DNA of 63,881 bases, filler included, from Octopus bimaculoides (Eukaryota): assembly GCF_001194135.2 (NCBI RefSeq). It is 5 parts of 5 records of this genome, joined end to end, with 100 filler letters (N's around TTAATTAATTAA, not from the genome) between each part and the next. Parts side by side here need not be neighbours in the genome. Positions count along the whole stretch, not along the records: positions 22,828 to 33,630 come from NC_068996.1; positions 33,731 to 57,542 come from NC_068985.1; 3 more parts are not named here. One strand, written 5' to 3'. The notes beneath the pieces were generated by a model. It worked only from the letters and a program-made list of their open reading frames with translations, did no database searches and had not been told where the DNA came from. Positions 24,841 to 39,185 of the stretch are shown here, one piece after another. The stretch's first letter is position 1, and each line of letters begins with the position of its first letter. The position numbers were made by a program, and so were the translations under genes.

Positions 24841-26192
24841 GCTCTTGAATGTCTTCTCCCTATTGAGGATTACACAATGTTGAAACTTCTTTTCATTATG
24901 TTAATCATATTTACATGCAAAACCCTCACAGCAACACACACTCACACACATAAACCACACAGATTCTTTGTTTTGTCCTGTATTGTCCATAATATTTTTC
25001 TTAATGTAAACCCTTTGTGGTTAATAAAGAAGTTGTTGTTGTTGTTGTTGTTGTTATCCTGTGATGAGCAGGTAGATTCATTAGCAGCTGGACACAAAAT
25101 GCTTAGTGGCACTTTGTCTGACTTTATGTTCTGAAATCAAATTCCCCTCAAGGTTGACTTTGCTTTAAATCCCTTTGACGTCAATAAAATAAATACCGGT
25201 CAAGCACTGGGGTCGATGTCATTGACTAAACCCTGCCCTACCCCTAAAATTTCAGGTTTTGTGATTATACTGCAAGGATTACTATTGTTGTTGTTGTTGT
25301 TGCTGGCACTATTGTTTCTCATTGTTGTTATTGTTGAATCTGATTCTCTATTACCTCTTTATTTATTTATTTAGTCTGTCAACACACAATAGAACTTCTG
25401 TGTCAGTAGTTCTTAACTCTTTTGAATAGCGATCTAAAGTAGGTTATGTTTTTAAAGACAGCGAACAAGAAACTGAAATTAAATAGGTTTTCATGAAAAA
25501 CAATAGGTTTTCATGAGAAACCTCTATACATTGTATAGAGGTTTGCGTTGTATTTGTGGTGTATTTGAGAGAACAGTTAATGAAATGAGAAGTAATTTAA
25601 TATTTAAGTAAAGAAATAAAGATGATACAATATACTATAAAACGGATTATGGCGGATGACTTAGCTCAACTTTCTCTGTAATTCTGTCAAATTACGATAA
25701 TTATTTTTAAAATTAATAAATACGATTTTGCAATTTCATAAATATATATTACTGAAATCATTTATTTCATAAAAATGTTTAGCATACACTGAATAGATTC
25801 CTTGCTGAGTGCCACAAGGCAGCAATAATAATTAGTGTTGTGATCGTTACCAGCGTCGCCTTACTGGCACTTGTGCCGGTGGCACGTGAAAAAACATTCG
25901 AGCAAGGTCGTTGCCTGTGCCGCTGGACTGGCTCCTGTACAGGTGGCACGTAAAACACCATTTTGAGCGTGGCCGTTGCCAGTACTGCCAGACTGGCCCT
26001 CATGCCAGTGGCACGTAAAAGCACCCACTACACTCTCGGAGTGGTTGGCGTTAGGAAGGGCATCCAGCTGTAGAAACTCTGCCAGATCAGATTGGAGCCT
26101 GGTGCAGCCTTCTGGCTTGCCAGTCCTCAGTCAAATTGTCCAACCCATGCTAGCATGGAAGGCGGACGTTAAATGATGATGATGATGATGAA

Positions 26193-26460
26193 GACTAAGA
26201 CATTGGTCCTCTCAAAGAAGCTTTTCTCAGAGTGCCTTGCATGTTAGTGGAACATTACTGAGACAAATGGAGAAGTTTAAGTATCATGGGGCCATATTTA
26301 AGTGTGATGAGAAGTAGAAGGCTGAACTGGATGATGGTTCAGTAATGCCCCAACATTCAATCTTCAGAAAAAGGAGAAGTTGGCAAAAATATCAAATGCA
26401 CTATCTTTAATATGGTTTTTGAGCCTACCCTCTCCTATGATATCCATGTTGGGTCTTTTA
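26193..26460 (+). mobile_element. RTE-like LINE fragment (end of RT)
   Basis: TKTLVLS...LHVSGTLLRQMEKFKYHGAIFKCD resembles KT.VM...L.QVEKFKYLG. Confidence 0.6.
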
Positions 26461-27061
26461 CAACAGTATCTTACTTATTGTTTTTTATAGTTTTGTCTCT
26501 ATGCACTGGGAAGCTCCAAAGAATTGTTATATTTTCTCCCTCAAGGCGCTGCTTATACCATTTGTCAACAGTTTTGATTGTATAATGCTGACATATTACC
26601 CAGTGTAGATATTGGCCAATTCTGTAATGACTTGATTTATATGCTTTTGGTGCTAAAACTTTTCATAAAGAGATGAAGTAACAGAATTGTTAGCAAGCAG
26701 GGCAAAATACCTAGAAGGTGTTTTGTCCATCACCATGTTCTGAGTTCAAATTCTGCCAAGGTTGACTTTGCCTTTTAGCTTTGGTGAAATATATACCAGT
26801 TAAGTACTGCATCCCTAGAAAATTTCAGGCCCTGTGAAGAATTATTATTATTATTATTATTGAGTCAGAAAGCAGCACGTCGTCAAAGTGACATGGGGGT
26901 ACAAATATATGAAGTCTAATATACCCATCATGACTACCCATGTGCACGACATGGTGATCTCATATCAAGATAAACAGCACATGACCTTGCAGGTGAGACT
27001 CAGAATTTTCTTTGGGCTGAGTAGCCTATCCTGTTCAAAAAGTCCTTGAATAAGGGTTACT

Positions 27062-27465
27062 CTTTTTTACTCTTTTTACTTGTTTCAGTCATTTGACTGC
27101 GGCCATGCTGGAGCACCACCTTTAGTCGAGCAAACCGACCCCAAGACTTATTCTTTGTAAGCCTAGTACTTATTCTATCGGTCTCTTTTTGCCAAACTGC
27201 TAAGTTACGGGGACGTAAACACACCAGCACCGGTTGTCAAGCGATGTTGGGGAGACAAACACAGACACACAAACACACACACACACACATATATATACAT
27301 ATATACGACGGACTTCTTTCAGTTTCCGTCTACCAAATCCACTCACAAGGCTTTAGTCAGCCTCAGGCTATAGTAGAAGACACTTGCCCAAGGTGCCATG
27401 TAGTGGGACTGAACCCGGAACCATGTGGTTGGTGAGCAAGCTACTTACCACACAGCCACTCCTAC
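27062..27465 (-). mobile_element. SINE family A copy
   Basis: Reverse complement of the 3192-3580 element. Confidence 0.85.
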
Positions 27466-27779
27466 ACCTAGGATGTTGAATGAAACACTTTTGTTTCCAG
27501 AGGTGAATTATTCAAACCCCAAAAAATTCTTCTCGACACATGGCTATGATGCTCCCTCATCAGACCAGAGATGCACATATCATCAGCCACCAAGGGACAT
27601 GTTCAAGTGATTAAGTTCAAACAACTGACAAACAAATCTGTGATGAATCATTAGCATGGACAAAATGCTTAGTGGCACTTTGTCTGACTCTATGTTCTAA
27701 AATCAAATTCTCTACATGGTCGACTTTGCCTTTCATCCTTACAAGGTCAATAATATGATTTTGAGCCAATCCCCACCTA

Positions 27780-28060
27780 TGGTCATCAGTGTTGGGTAAT
27801 GGCCAAAAGAGTTTCGGTAGTGAATATAAGAGGCTAAAAATAGGGTTCCTCAGAAACATGTCTGGAATAACTCTACTTGACAGGGTGTGTAGCTTAGTGA
27901 TCAGGGAATCTCTCCAGGTTGAGCCACTAGGGAGGTCACAGCTGCAATACTACAAACATGTGATTAGAAGGTCACAAGAAAGAATTGCAATATGGATTCT
28001 TCAAGCCAAGCCAACCAACAGAACTATGGGTAGGCCAAAAATTAGATTGTGATGGTTGTA
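27780..28060 (+). mobile_element. RTE-like LINE C-terminal fragment
   Basis: GFLRNMSGITLLDRVCSLVIRESLQVEPL..RSQLQYYKHVIR..ERIA.WILQAKP...GRPK. A related fragment lies at about 49130-49420. Confidence 0.8.
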
Positions 28061-28559
28061 TAGCATTGCTTGGAATTCAATATCTTGAAAATGGCCATGA
28101 TTTTACGCTCTGTTCTGACCAATCATATGACAAGTGCATTTGTGTGATCACATGATCTAAATGGAAATTTCTATATAGTTTATTGCCAAAACATGGTTAT
28201 GAATTGACATGCATGGGAACAAGAAAGGTTTGCTTTTATCAGCAAAAGCTCATGACAAGTTGGTTAGAAAATTTTCATCATGATATCTATATAAATAAAC
28301 AGCGACATCTATCTTATATACCAACAACTGGTATATTTCAGAAGCATATGCTTTTGTAATAGAAAAACTAGGAATAACAAAAACTTACCTGACACACAAA
28401 ACAGGTAACAACACAGGTAAAACATAACAGGCTTTGTAGAATTAGCACAGGATGTCACCCATATTGAAGTAGCAACGGTGTCCTGCATATATTTACCCAT
28501 TATTTATTTTATCATTAAGTAAAAAGGTTTAGGTTTTGGTTAATGAAAGTTTATAGGTT

Positions 28560-28835
28560 GATTGTGACATTTATCGACAATATTTGACATTATTTACATT
28601 TCTTCGTCTTCTTATTGATAGCTTCAATGATTCTCCTTGCATGAATTGAATGGTTTCTTACCGGAATTGGATTTGGTGAGGTTATTTGCACCTCTTGAAA
28701 CTTTTTCCACACATCAAAAACAGTTTTTTTTTTCCACCAAACATTCTACTGTTTTATCACCTCACAATTCTTTATTCCAGCCATTTTCAATTCTACTATT
28801 TGTTCATGTTTTGTTTGAGCTTCTATATTTAATGA
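28560..28835 (-). mobile_element. Tc1-like transposase N-terminal (HTH) relic
   Basis: EAQTKHEQIVELKMAGIKNCEVIKQ../KTVFDVWKKFQEVQITSPNPIPVRNHSI, with stop and frameshift. Confidence 0.55.
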
Positions 28836-29346
28836 AGAATAAGCAATAAAATGAAAGAATGTTAGGAAGCATCATACAATATTCAAAACTATTTTTGCAA
28901 ATATAAATGTTTCATATCAACAATGGATAAATTATTATGTTTAATCCTGTTGTATTGTCAAACTGAACAGATCCAGCCTCACAAATCTACCTTACAATGT
29001 CATCCTAAAAATAAGCAATCACATCATAGAAATCTTGAGGCTACAAGTTAATGCATGATTAATTTAAAACAATGTGAATAAATAAGCATTACATTTGACT
29101 GATTAATCTGAATGCTAGAGGGTTAAGTAATGCATAAATGTATTTCACACCTGGTAAAGAATATAACAACCAGCTGCAGTATGTTGTCCACATCTCACAA
29201 CAATGCAGTTAAGACACATACTTGATAGACCTCAACTTTCATTGCTGCTTTCATGTATAATTACAACCAGAACCTTGATTCAGGCTTTCCAAACACATCA
29301 CACACCTTAGAAAGTCAATTACTGACCTCCTCGTCAATTGTATTAA

Positions 29347-29566
29347 CCCTTTCATTACTGTATTTATTTTGAGAGGCTCTGTGTTTCTTTCAATTACTTT
29401 AAATATAATAAAGAATTTAGTAAAATAACTTAGTTATCATTCAGCTAGTGTTAGGAACATAAATGGTGACAAAGATTTGGTGGAAAATTTCAATTCAAAA
29501 CTTATGAAACCAAGACATTTGTACTCAGAGCTAGAGCTGGTTTCGGCCAGGTTGGTAATGAAAGGG
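29347..29566. mobile_element. piggyBac-type MITE, second family
   Basis: Perfect 12-bp TIR CCCTTTCATTAC/GTAATGAAAGGG with TTAA on both sides. Truncated copy at about 58485-58660. Confidence 0.9.
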
Positions 29567-29589
29567 TTAAATCCAGGGAGGGTGCTACT

Positions 29590-29820
29590 AAAATAGACGA
29601 ATGTATCCACAACTTTTAATTTTGTAACATTGATGTAAATCAATGTTGGAATATATAGCATGCTTGTGCTGTATCATGACCACGGTCTTCTTAAGACTGA
29701 TTGTTAGTCTAAAGGCATTGGACACAGCTGAAAAGCAGTTCGTCAGGAGCTGCACTTCTTCCTCAGTACAAGTCATGTGATCACAATCACATGTGTAAAA
29801 GAAATCAAGATGGAGAACCA
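29590..29820 (-). mobile_element. RTE-like reverse transcriptase fragment
   Basis: TEEEVQLLTNCFSAVSNAFRLTISLKKTVVM matches the region following FADD in RT. Confidence 0.75.
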
Positions 29821-29923
29821 TGGAAATTTTATTTATAAGTAAATACACACACACAGACACAGAGACACAAACAGACAGACCCCCCCCCCCNNNNNNNNNN
29901 NNNNNNNNNNNNNNNNNNNNNNN

Positions 29924-29972
<49 letters not shown>

Positions 29973-29974
29973 CG

Positions 29975-30005
<31 letters not shown>

Positions 30006-30029
30006 TCTCTCTCACACACACACACACAC

Positions 30030-30410
30030 ATGGTAATAGTTCCAGCTTCACAGGGTGATTACGATCTCAATATTCTTCCTCGTTAATGATGGCATTTCTG
30101 ACATTCCAGCCATGACCTCTCAGCTAGCTATTCAGTCCCAATGCAGATCTCATTGTCTGAAGTGTAAGTGCTTCCAACTGGTTAAGGCAGCATAAGTCAT
30201 CACTTTTCGGTCGGTAGAATGACGAATAAGATCATCATTGGTATGTCATTGGATTATAGTGATAAGCACTTTGTGGATAATACCTAATGACAAGCTGAAG
30301 TCAGATGATCTTACATCAGATTGTCCCTCACTTAGAAGGATGCTGTGACAAAAGCTTGCAGCCCCTCCCAGTGCTTTTACAGCATTCTCTGACGCCAACC
30401 AAGGGTATTT
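30030..30410 (-). mobile_element. Possible CR1/L2-type endonuclease relic
   Basis: Only SSFYRPKSDD..LNQLE resembles the FYRPP motif; many stops. Confidence 0.3.
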
Positions 30411-30529
30411 CTACATCTCACCATTCAGATGGAATGTCACCATATATGTTTGTAGACCCATACATAAATACATACATGCATACATACATGCATGCATACA
30501 TATATACATACATATATATACATGCATAC

Positions 30530-30707
30530 AGGTGCAGGAGTGGCTGTGTGGTAAGTAGCTTGCTAACCAACCACATGGTTCTGGGTTCAGTCCCACTGCA
30601 TGGCACCTTGGGCAAGTGTCTTCTACTATAGCCTCAGACCAACCAAAGCCTTGTGAGTGGATTTTGTAGACGGAAACTGAAAGAAAACCGTCGTATATAT
30701 GTACATG

Positions 30708-30788
<81 letters not shown>

Positions 30789-30992
30789 ATGTTTGTGTGT
30801 CTGTGTTTGTCCCCCTAGCATTACTTGACAACCGATGGTGGTGTGTTTACGTCCCCGTAACATTAGCGGTTCGGCAAAAGAGACCGATAGAATAAGTACT
30901 AGGCTTACAAAGAATAAGTCCTGGGATTGATTTGCTCGACTAAAGGCGGTGCTCCAGCATGGCCGCAGTCAAATGACTGAAACAAATAAAAG
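30530..30992 (+). mobile_element. SINE family A copy with expanded (TA)n
   Basis: Colinear with 3192-3580. A further copy with an internal deletion lies at 32260-32600. Confidence 0.85.
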
Positions 30993-31446
30993 ACATACAT
31001 GCATATATATACACACACAAATACACATGTATATACATACATACTTAAATACTTTCATACCAATATGTGTTTATCTTAACTTTACATATCGTTGTTTCTC
31101 GCCATCTCTTATACACGTATCAAAGAGATGAATAGCTAATAGAGAGAAAGGGAGGGAGAGAGGAAGAGAGAGAGGAAGAGAGAGATGGAGAGAGAGAGAG
31201 AGAAAAAAAGACAAAAAGGCAGGGTGGAAAAGGAGATGGGGGTGAACAAACAGCAAGTTTTTAGGTAATATTAATTCTTTTTTTCCTCCTTTACTTTTAC
31301 TCATATATGCAAATACATACATATATACACACTTGCATACATGTATGTATGTTTATCTTGTATGTGTGTATATACATATATACACACACATATACATACG
31401 CATATATACACACCCACACACACACATATATATAATTGTACACATG

Positions 31447-31494
<48 letters not shown>

Positions 31495-31659
31495 TACAGG
31501 CATATGTATTCTTTGAATTTTTTGTGGAATTTTTATGAGTATATTTTGTTTCTACTATGGATCTAGGAGGTAAGTTTATCTTGTAACCTTCAAAACAGGA
31601 ATGACTGCTGCCAAATGTACTTTGGAATTGCTGGTGAAAATGTTTTCTTACAGTTGGAA

Positions 31660-31712
31660 TATAGATAGACAGACAGATAGAAACATACAGACAAACAGAC
31701 AGACAGATAGAC

Positions 31713-31771
<59 letters not shown>

Positions 31772-31845
31772 CAGATAGATAGCTAAATAGATAAACAGGA
31801 ATTGAGTAGGAGAGAGAGGGGAAGGATATATATATATATATATAT

Positions 31846-31912
<67 letters not shown>
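31660..31912. repeat. (GATA)n and (GA)n microsatellites
   Basis: Direct read. (TCTA)n also at 48183-48332. Confidence 0.95.
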
Positions 31913-31916
<4 letters not shown>

Positions 31917-32682
31917 GAGTGAGAGACTGAAGAAGAAAATGGAGATAGTCATGTGAAGAGAAAGTGAGATGGAGACAGGGGTGAATCATTTTGCTTCTGA
32001 AAAAGAATCTTGTTCAAATAGTTGTTTTTTAAACAGGTTTTGTTCATTAAACTGCAGCCATGCATGCACACCACCTTGAAGGGTGAACAAATCAACACCA
32101 GAAAAGCTGTACTTATTTTATCAGTCGCTTTTTGCCAAACTACTACATTATGAGTTGATGTAAAGGAGATGTATACAACAAACACAAACATACACAGATA
32201 TATACATTTATATGTATACATATCTTATGTATATATATATATATAAGCATATATACATATAGGTGCAGGAGTGACTGTGTGGTAAGTAGCTTGTTTACCA
32301 ATAACATGGTTCCGGGTTCAGTCCCACTGCGTGGCACCTTGGGCAAGTGTCTTCTACTATAGCCTCAGGTCGACCAAAGCCTTGTGAGTGGATTTGGTAG
32401 ATGGAAACTGAAAGAAGCCCGTCGTATATATGTATATGCTGGTGTGTTTACGTCCCCATCACTTAGCGGTTCGGCAAAAAGAGACCAATAGAATAAGTAC
32501 TAAGCTTACAAAGAATAAGTCCTGGGGTCGATTTGCTCAACTAAAAGGCGGTGCTCCAGCATGGTCGCAGTCAAATGACTGAAACAAGTAAAAGAGTAAA
32601 AGAGTAAAAGAGATACTCATTTTTGAGTTGTATTTTTCCTGTTTGCAACAACATACATACACACATACAAATATACATATTT

Positions 32683-32807
32683 CAGGGAGTTAAAAAGTTT
32701 CTTGCTGGTCATAGAGTGACCATTGATTTTACAACTATACTGTTAAGCACTTTGTAGGTGCAAAACCAATGGTCAATCTATGACCAGCCAGAAACTTTTA
32801 GCTTCCT
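32683..32807. mobile_element. Fold-back MITE (about 50-bp imperfect TIRs, short spacer)
   Basis: agggagttaaaaagtttcttgctggtcatagagtgaccattg is the near reverse complement of caatggtcaatctatgaccagccagaaacttttagcttcct. Confidence 0.7.
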
Positions 32808-33082
32808 AAAAGATAAATAAATGTTCTGTTTGAGAGTGCGCATCTTTTCTAGATCTATGAACTACTGACAATATATATAATATATTTATGGTAGTTTTGA
32901 CTTTAAGAGTCCCTCCTAGCATTTATGTATAGTAATGCCCTTAATATAAATAAATATATTTATAGGGAATAATTAATATATTTTTCCCTTATGAAGTTTT
33001 TCATGCTAACTACTTGATAAATTCTTATAAAGATTTTATTCTATTTTAAAATTGTACATATATGTTTTTATATATGTATATA

Positions 33083-33143
<61 letters not shown>

Positions 33144-33496
33144 ATATACATATATATAAGTTACACTAAGTTACGGGGAGGTAAACACACCAGCATCGGT
33201 TGTCAAGCGATGTTGGGGGGACAAACACAGACACGTAAACACACATGCATATATATATTAGCTTCCTGGTAATTAATCGATATTAATTAATATATGATTT
33301 TTTGCCATTTTTTTAATAATTATATATATATATATACACATATATATGATGGGCTTCTTTCAGTTTCCGTCTACCAAATCCACTCACAAGGTGCCATGCA
33401 GTGGGACTGAACCCAGAACCATGTGGTTGGTAAGCAAGCTACTTACCACACAACCACTCCTGCGTGTATTCGTATGTATATACTTTTACTTATATG

Positions 33497-33530
<34 letters not shown>

Positions 33531-33730
33531 TACATATCATCATCATCATCATCATCGTTTAACATCCGCTTTCCATGCTAGCATAGGTTGGACGATTTGA
33601 CTGAGGACTGGTGAAACCAGATGGCTACACNNNNNNNNNNNNNNNNNNNNNNNNNNNNNNNNNNNNNNNNNNNNTTAATTAATTAANNNNNNNNNNNNNN
33701 NNNNNNNNNNNNNNNNNNNNNNNNNNNNNN

Positions 33731-33808
<78 letters not shown>

Positions 33809-34611
33809 CCTACATGCATTCACACATACACAAACGCACACACACATATGTGTATATATATATATATATATACCTTCATGAATGTTAACATCGTAACTCA
33901 AATTCCACTATGTTATCTATTTTATGCATCATAATAAGAATATGCAAACGTAACATTCAATGAAAAGAATAATTTTTTTTTACATACTATACAATTGAAT
34001 CACAATTGTTCGACAACAGATATTTGACAAAATCAAAATATATTTATTTAAAAGAGATATTATTTCTGAATTCAATAGCATATGATTTCACGACATTTAT
34101 ATAAATCATATAGAAGTTGAACGCGAATAATGAAAATTTTAAAGCGATATAGATTCACAGTGTCATGGTGTCTGCTAAATTTAAGAGGAACCGTTTTGTT
34201 CGAGGACTGCATGAGGTGTCGTTTAGAAAAAGGATTAAATATAGCATGTGAGCTTGGTACAGAGATTATATAGTTTAATATATAGAAATCTATTAAATCT
34301 TTCACAGCTATGCAGATTAAAATATCGGTATAGTGAGGTAGCTGTGTATTTAAATTTAATTTAAATATTTTGTACGAAAAATAAACCCAAATGAATGAAA
34401 GTTATATCAATGAAGGTAAACATACTGCTTCTCTTAACCTGTCTCAGTGACACCCTTTCTTACTCCATATAAGCACGCTCACACACTCGCACAAACACAC
34501 GCCCGCCCGCGTGCACACGCATACACAGACAAACAGGCATACATACGCGCACACAGAGACACACAAACAGCGATAGACAGACACACACACACACACTCGC
34601 GTGCAAAGAGA

Positions 34612-34651
<40 letters not shown>

Positions 34652-35130
34652 NNNNNNNNNNNNNNNNNNNNNNNNNNNNNNNNNNNNNNNNNNNNNNNNN
34701 NNNNNNNNNNNNNNNNNNNNNNNNNNNNNNNNNNNNNNNNNNNNNNNNNNNNNNNNNNNNNNNNNNNNNNNNNNNNNNNNNNNNNNNNNNNNNNNNNNNN
34801 NNNNNNNNNNNNNNNNNNNNNNNNNNNNNNNNNNNNNNNNNNNNNNNNNNNNNNNNNNNNNNNNNNNNNNNNNNNNNNNNNNNNNNNNNNNNNNNNNNNN
34901 NNNNNNNNNNNNNNNNNNNNNNNNNNNNNNNNNNNNNNNNNNNNNNNNNNNNNNNNNNNNNNNNNNNNNNNNNNNNNNNNNNNNNNNNNNNNNNNNNNNN
35001 NNNNNNNNNNNNNNNNNNNNNNNNNNNNNNNNNNNNNNNNNAAAGAGAAAGGCACACACATAGATATTTACACACACACACATACACACACACGCACACA
35101 CGCACACACGCACACACGCGCGCACACACG

Positions 35131-35171
<41 letters not shown>

Positions 35172-37408
35172 AAATACATACGCACACATATTTTCGTCTA
35201 GCAAATCCATTCAAAAGGCTTTGGTCGGCTATAATAGAAAACACGATCTTAATGTTGTGAGTTCAATAACCGGCGGCACATTGCTTGCTTGAGCAAGACA
35301 TTATATTTCACGTTACTTCAGTCCAGTCGGGTGGCAAAATTTAACAGTGTTTATATTAGTAGTACTTATATTTTAAAAGGCAGACCATATCGTATTCTGG
35401 TTCACGCTGAATGCCCACAGGAACTACATTAAGGGTATGTGTGCCTGTGGAGTGCTCAACTACTTCTACGTTTATTTCACAAACCTTAACTTTACGTCAA
35501 TTTCATGATCTGATGAACGTTAATTTTACGTTCATCAGAACAACTGTAACTCCCGTCGTCTAACCGACAGGATGCCAGTGTTTGCGTCTCTGCTTGCTTG
35601 CTTGCTTGAGCGCATGTGTACAATCACTTATATGCGTGTGTTCATCAGTATTAAGAGTTAATAATGAATTTGGTGATTTTAGTGCTGTAAGCCGGAAAAT
35701 TGAAACAATTCATGAATCTATTCTATCGTAAAAGGTTTTTGGTAACAGTAAATACCGACGCTGATGAAAATTGACCTGGCACTCAATAGATGTTAACGGA
35801 AATGGTAACAAGTCCTTTGAAGCCTCATTAGAAACTCATTAGATATTAAGTGGCAATTGTGTGGAGCGGTGTGTATTTCGGAGAGAGATTGGTTTCGTTA
35901 GAAATAAAATATTGAAACCAGGTGACGATCTATACCTTTTAAATGCAGATGAGAATACGAATAAGATATTGGGTTGCATGTGAGCCGAAAGCACAGATGA
36001 TGCACAGAATTTTGATATAGTATATGACCTTCTCACCCTCTTAGTAAATTTTCTATTCAAACATTAATCAAAGCGAGCAGTATTCACGCAAATATTTAAA
36101 AAGTGGCAGACGGGATACTATATGAAAATATGGATAATAAGCTACTGTGCAAAAGTACCTTCTATTTCATTGTCTCTTTTATTCTTACAAAATACGGATT
36201 TTAAAGATCTTTTAACACGCTTTTTGATAAAGGGTCCGCTGAGCTATAAAAGAGTGATGACCAGAAAACCAGTAGCGTGATCGAACGAATTTAAATAGCA
36301 TATGGCGTTTAATAGTGGTTTCAAATTTTGGCACAAAACCTGAAATTATGGTGGGGACGATAATCTATTACATCGACCCCAGTGCTCAACTGTTAATTAT
36401 TTAATCGACAATGAAATGATAAAAGGCTATGTCATCCACATTGGTATTTGAACTCAGGACGAAATGCCGCTAAGCATGTTGCTAGGCGTGCTAACGATTT
36501 TGCCACTCACCGCGTTCGTAAGGCATTTAAAATTGAAAATGATTTAGCGTTTTATAGAAAGATGACAGTAACAATAAAAGTAAAAGTTAAATAAGCCACC
36601 ATAACCAACTTAGCCACATAAAATTCATTAAAATTTTCCCATCTACTGCTATAGATAATAACACATTCATATAACTTCAAATGAAACAATACATAGCGTG
36701 CCACTACGTTCTGCAGGAAAGACGACATTGATAAGAACAGAAATTCTATAAACGCATTCAATAAAATACAACGCAATCCACAATTTATTTGCCTGTTAGG
36801 ACTCATTTTCAGTTATTATTATTCTGTTAAAATGTCTAGAGGCGATATCTTACAAATATCGCCAAAAGACACTAGGAGATAATTATATTTAAATGAATAA
36901 AATTAGCTAATAACCATTTCATAGGGCATTTAAAAAAATGCTACCAATGGTGAGGTAGGGTTAGAGGAAAGAATTAGATGGTTGGCGATGTGGGAGGACT
37001 TCATATTAGGTGTGCAAGGATTATTAATAAAGGAGGATTAAGCGCTGTAGTAGTTGCGAATTCCGGAGTCATTGCTCGAAGGTAGATACGTAGCACGTAT
37101 TAAGAATTTATCCACCCTTGAGGCCGTATAGTTCCACTTGTTCATCGGAAGATCAGATTGATTATAGCGATAAAATAGCAGATAATTAAGAGAATATTAC
37201 CTTTGATTGAATATATTTAATTAAAGAAATATAACAACAACAACAATGATAATAACCATTTATCATCAACGAAGAGAAAATGCGATGAAGATGTTGATAA
37301 TGATGATAATGATGATAAAATTTATGATAATGATAATAAAGATGTTTATAGTAATGGTGATAACGATACTGGCAATTATTTTGTATGTAGTTATCGTAGT
37401 GGTGGATG

Positions 37409-37458
<50 letters not shown>

Positions 37459-38223
37459 CTATTACTACTACGACTTATGCTATTATCGACCACAGCAGTA
37501 ATGTCAATGCTTAATTTCTCCCATAATGACAATGTGGAAACCATATATTATGGTTTATCGCTCATTCAAGTACCGAGTAGCACTTAGACTCTCCATATAA
37601 ATTCATTAAGATAAATCTTTCACGAACATTAACTGTACTAACACATATTAATGACTTATATTAAGAACAATACTTTTCTTTGTTAGCTTATATGATAATG
37701 CATTTAGACGCTTAAAGCATATTTATACGATTAAAACATATATTTATATTCTTCTGTTTTGTTATAGAATGATTTTCTTGGCAATTAACGTGATACAATT
37801 GGTTTTGTGTTCGTTTATTGAATTGATTTATTTGCTGTTTCGATTCTTATGTAAATATTTCTTATTTAGTAATGACACAATTTGATTTCAGTAAATATAA
37901 TCATAGCTAAATGTCAGTAGATGAAAATAAAAACAAAGAAATGCAGACAAAATATAGAAGCTGCGCAGCATATATATTATGCATGTAAAGTTAGATATAT
38001 AAAGCTAATGCATATTTAATGTTCTTATAAAGTACGCTTGGGATCAAAACTTGTAAAGAGTGCGAGCGGAACGGATAATACAAGAATTAAGATTTTGACC
38101 TTATTTTTGGAAAAGCAAATTTCTTTGAATTCTAAGAATTTCTGTGTTTATTTATCGATGTCGCTGGAAGCGTTAAAAATAAGATATCTTTTTCTATATC
38201 TCTCTTCATCTCTTTCACTCTCT

Positions 38224-38368
<145 letters not shown>

Positions 38369-38954
38369 ATATATGCAAATAGACACATACATGACTACCA
38401 TCCTACAGCGTAAAATGGGAATACAGTAATGTTATCTTTGGTTCCTTATTCATGAAGACTTTATTAGAAATGAAGACAAAAGTGATGCTCATGATTTGAC
38501 ATTTTGCAAACCATAATTCTTCTAGTCAAAGCCGAAGTGGATCTAAAATAAGAAAAAAAAAACAAAAAAACAACAACGCAAGAACACCATTTCATTTGCA
38601 CTGAGGTGTTGTGTGTAATTCTGTTCAAATTTACTCACTATAAAATTATCTCTGAAATTAATGTACAAATAGTCATTGATATACGGGATTAAATGTAGAA
38701 ATTGACATATATAATTTCAGGTGAATATATTCTGTGCTCAGTGGAAGCTTGGTTCTTGCTTCTAGTTCATACATATTGATTTCAGATTTGGCACAAGGGC
38801 AGCAAATTCGAGATAGGGCTAGTCGATTACATCGACTCCACTGGCACTTATTTTATCGACCCAGAAAGGATGAAAAGCAAAGTTGACCTCCACGAGATTT
38901 GAAATCAGAACATAAAGACATACAAAATGCTGTGATAACGTTTGTTATTTCCTT

Positions 38955-39185
38955 ACTGCCCACAAGGATCTACACACAGAGGGGACAAACAAGGACAGAT
39001 AAACGGATTAAGCCGATTATATCAACCCCAGTGCGTAACTCGTAACTGGTACTTAATTAATCGACCCCAAAAGGATGAAAGGCAAAGTCGACCTCGGCGG
39101 AATTAGATCTCAGAACGTAGCGGCAGACGAAATACCGCTAAGCGTTTCGCCCGGCGTGTTAACGTTTCTGCCAGCTCACCGCCTA
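38955..39185 (-). mobile_element. tRNA-derived SINE family B (ggcggtgagctggcagaaacgttagcacg...gtcgactttgcctttcatcc)
   Basis: Multiple dispersed copies at about 2545-2660(-), 23785-24005(+), 25060-25270(+), 26680-26840(+), 36313-36518(-), 38780-38930(-) and 54120-54300(-). Confidence 0.85.

Noticed and set aside
35510-35538. CTGATGA-containing perfect 11-bp hairpin as hammerhead or terminator
   Set aside because: There is no GAAA box or cleavage triplet; it is a simple inverted repeat inside a repeat-like segment.
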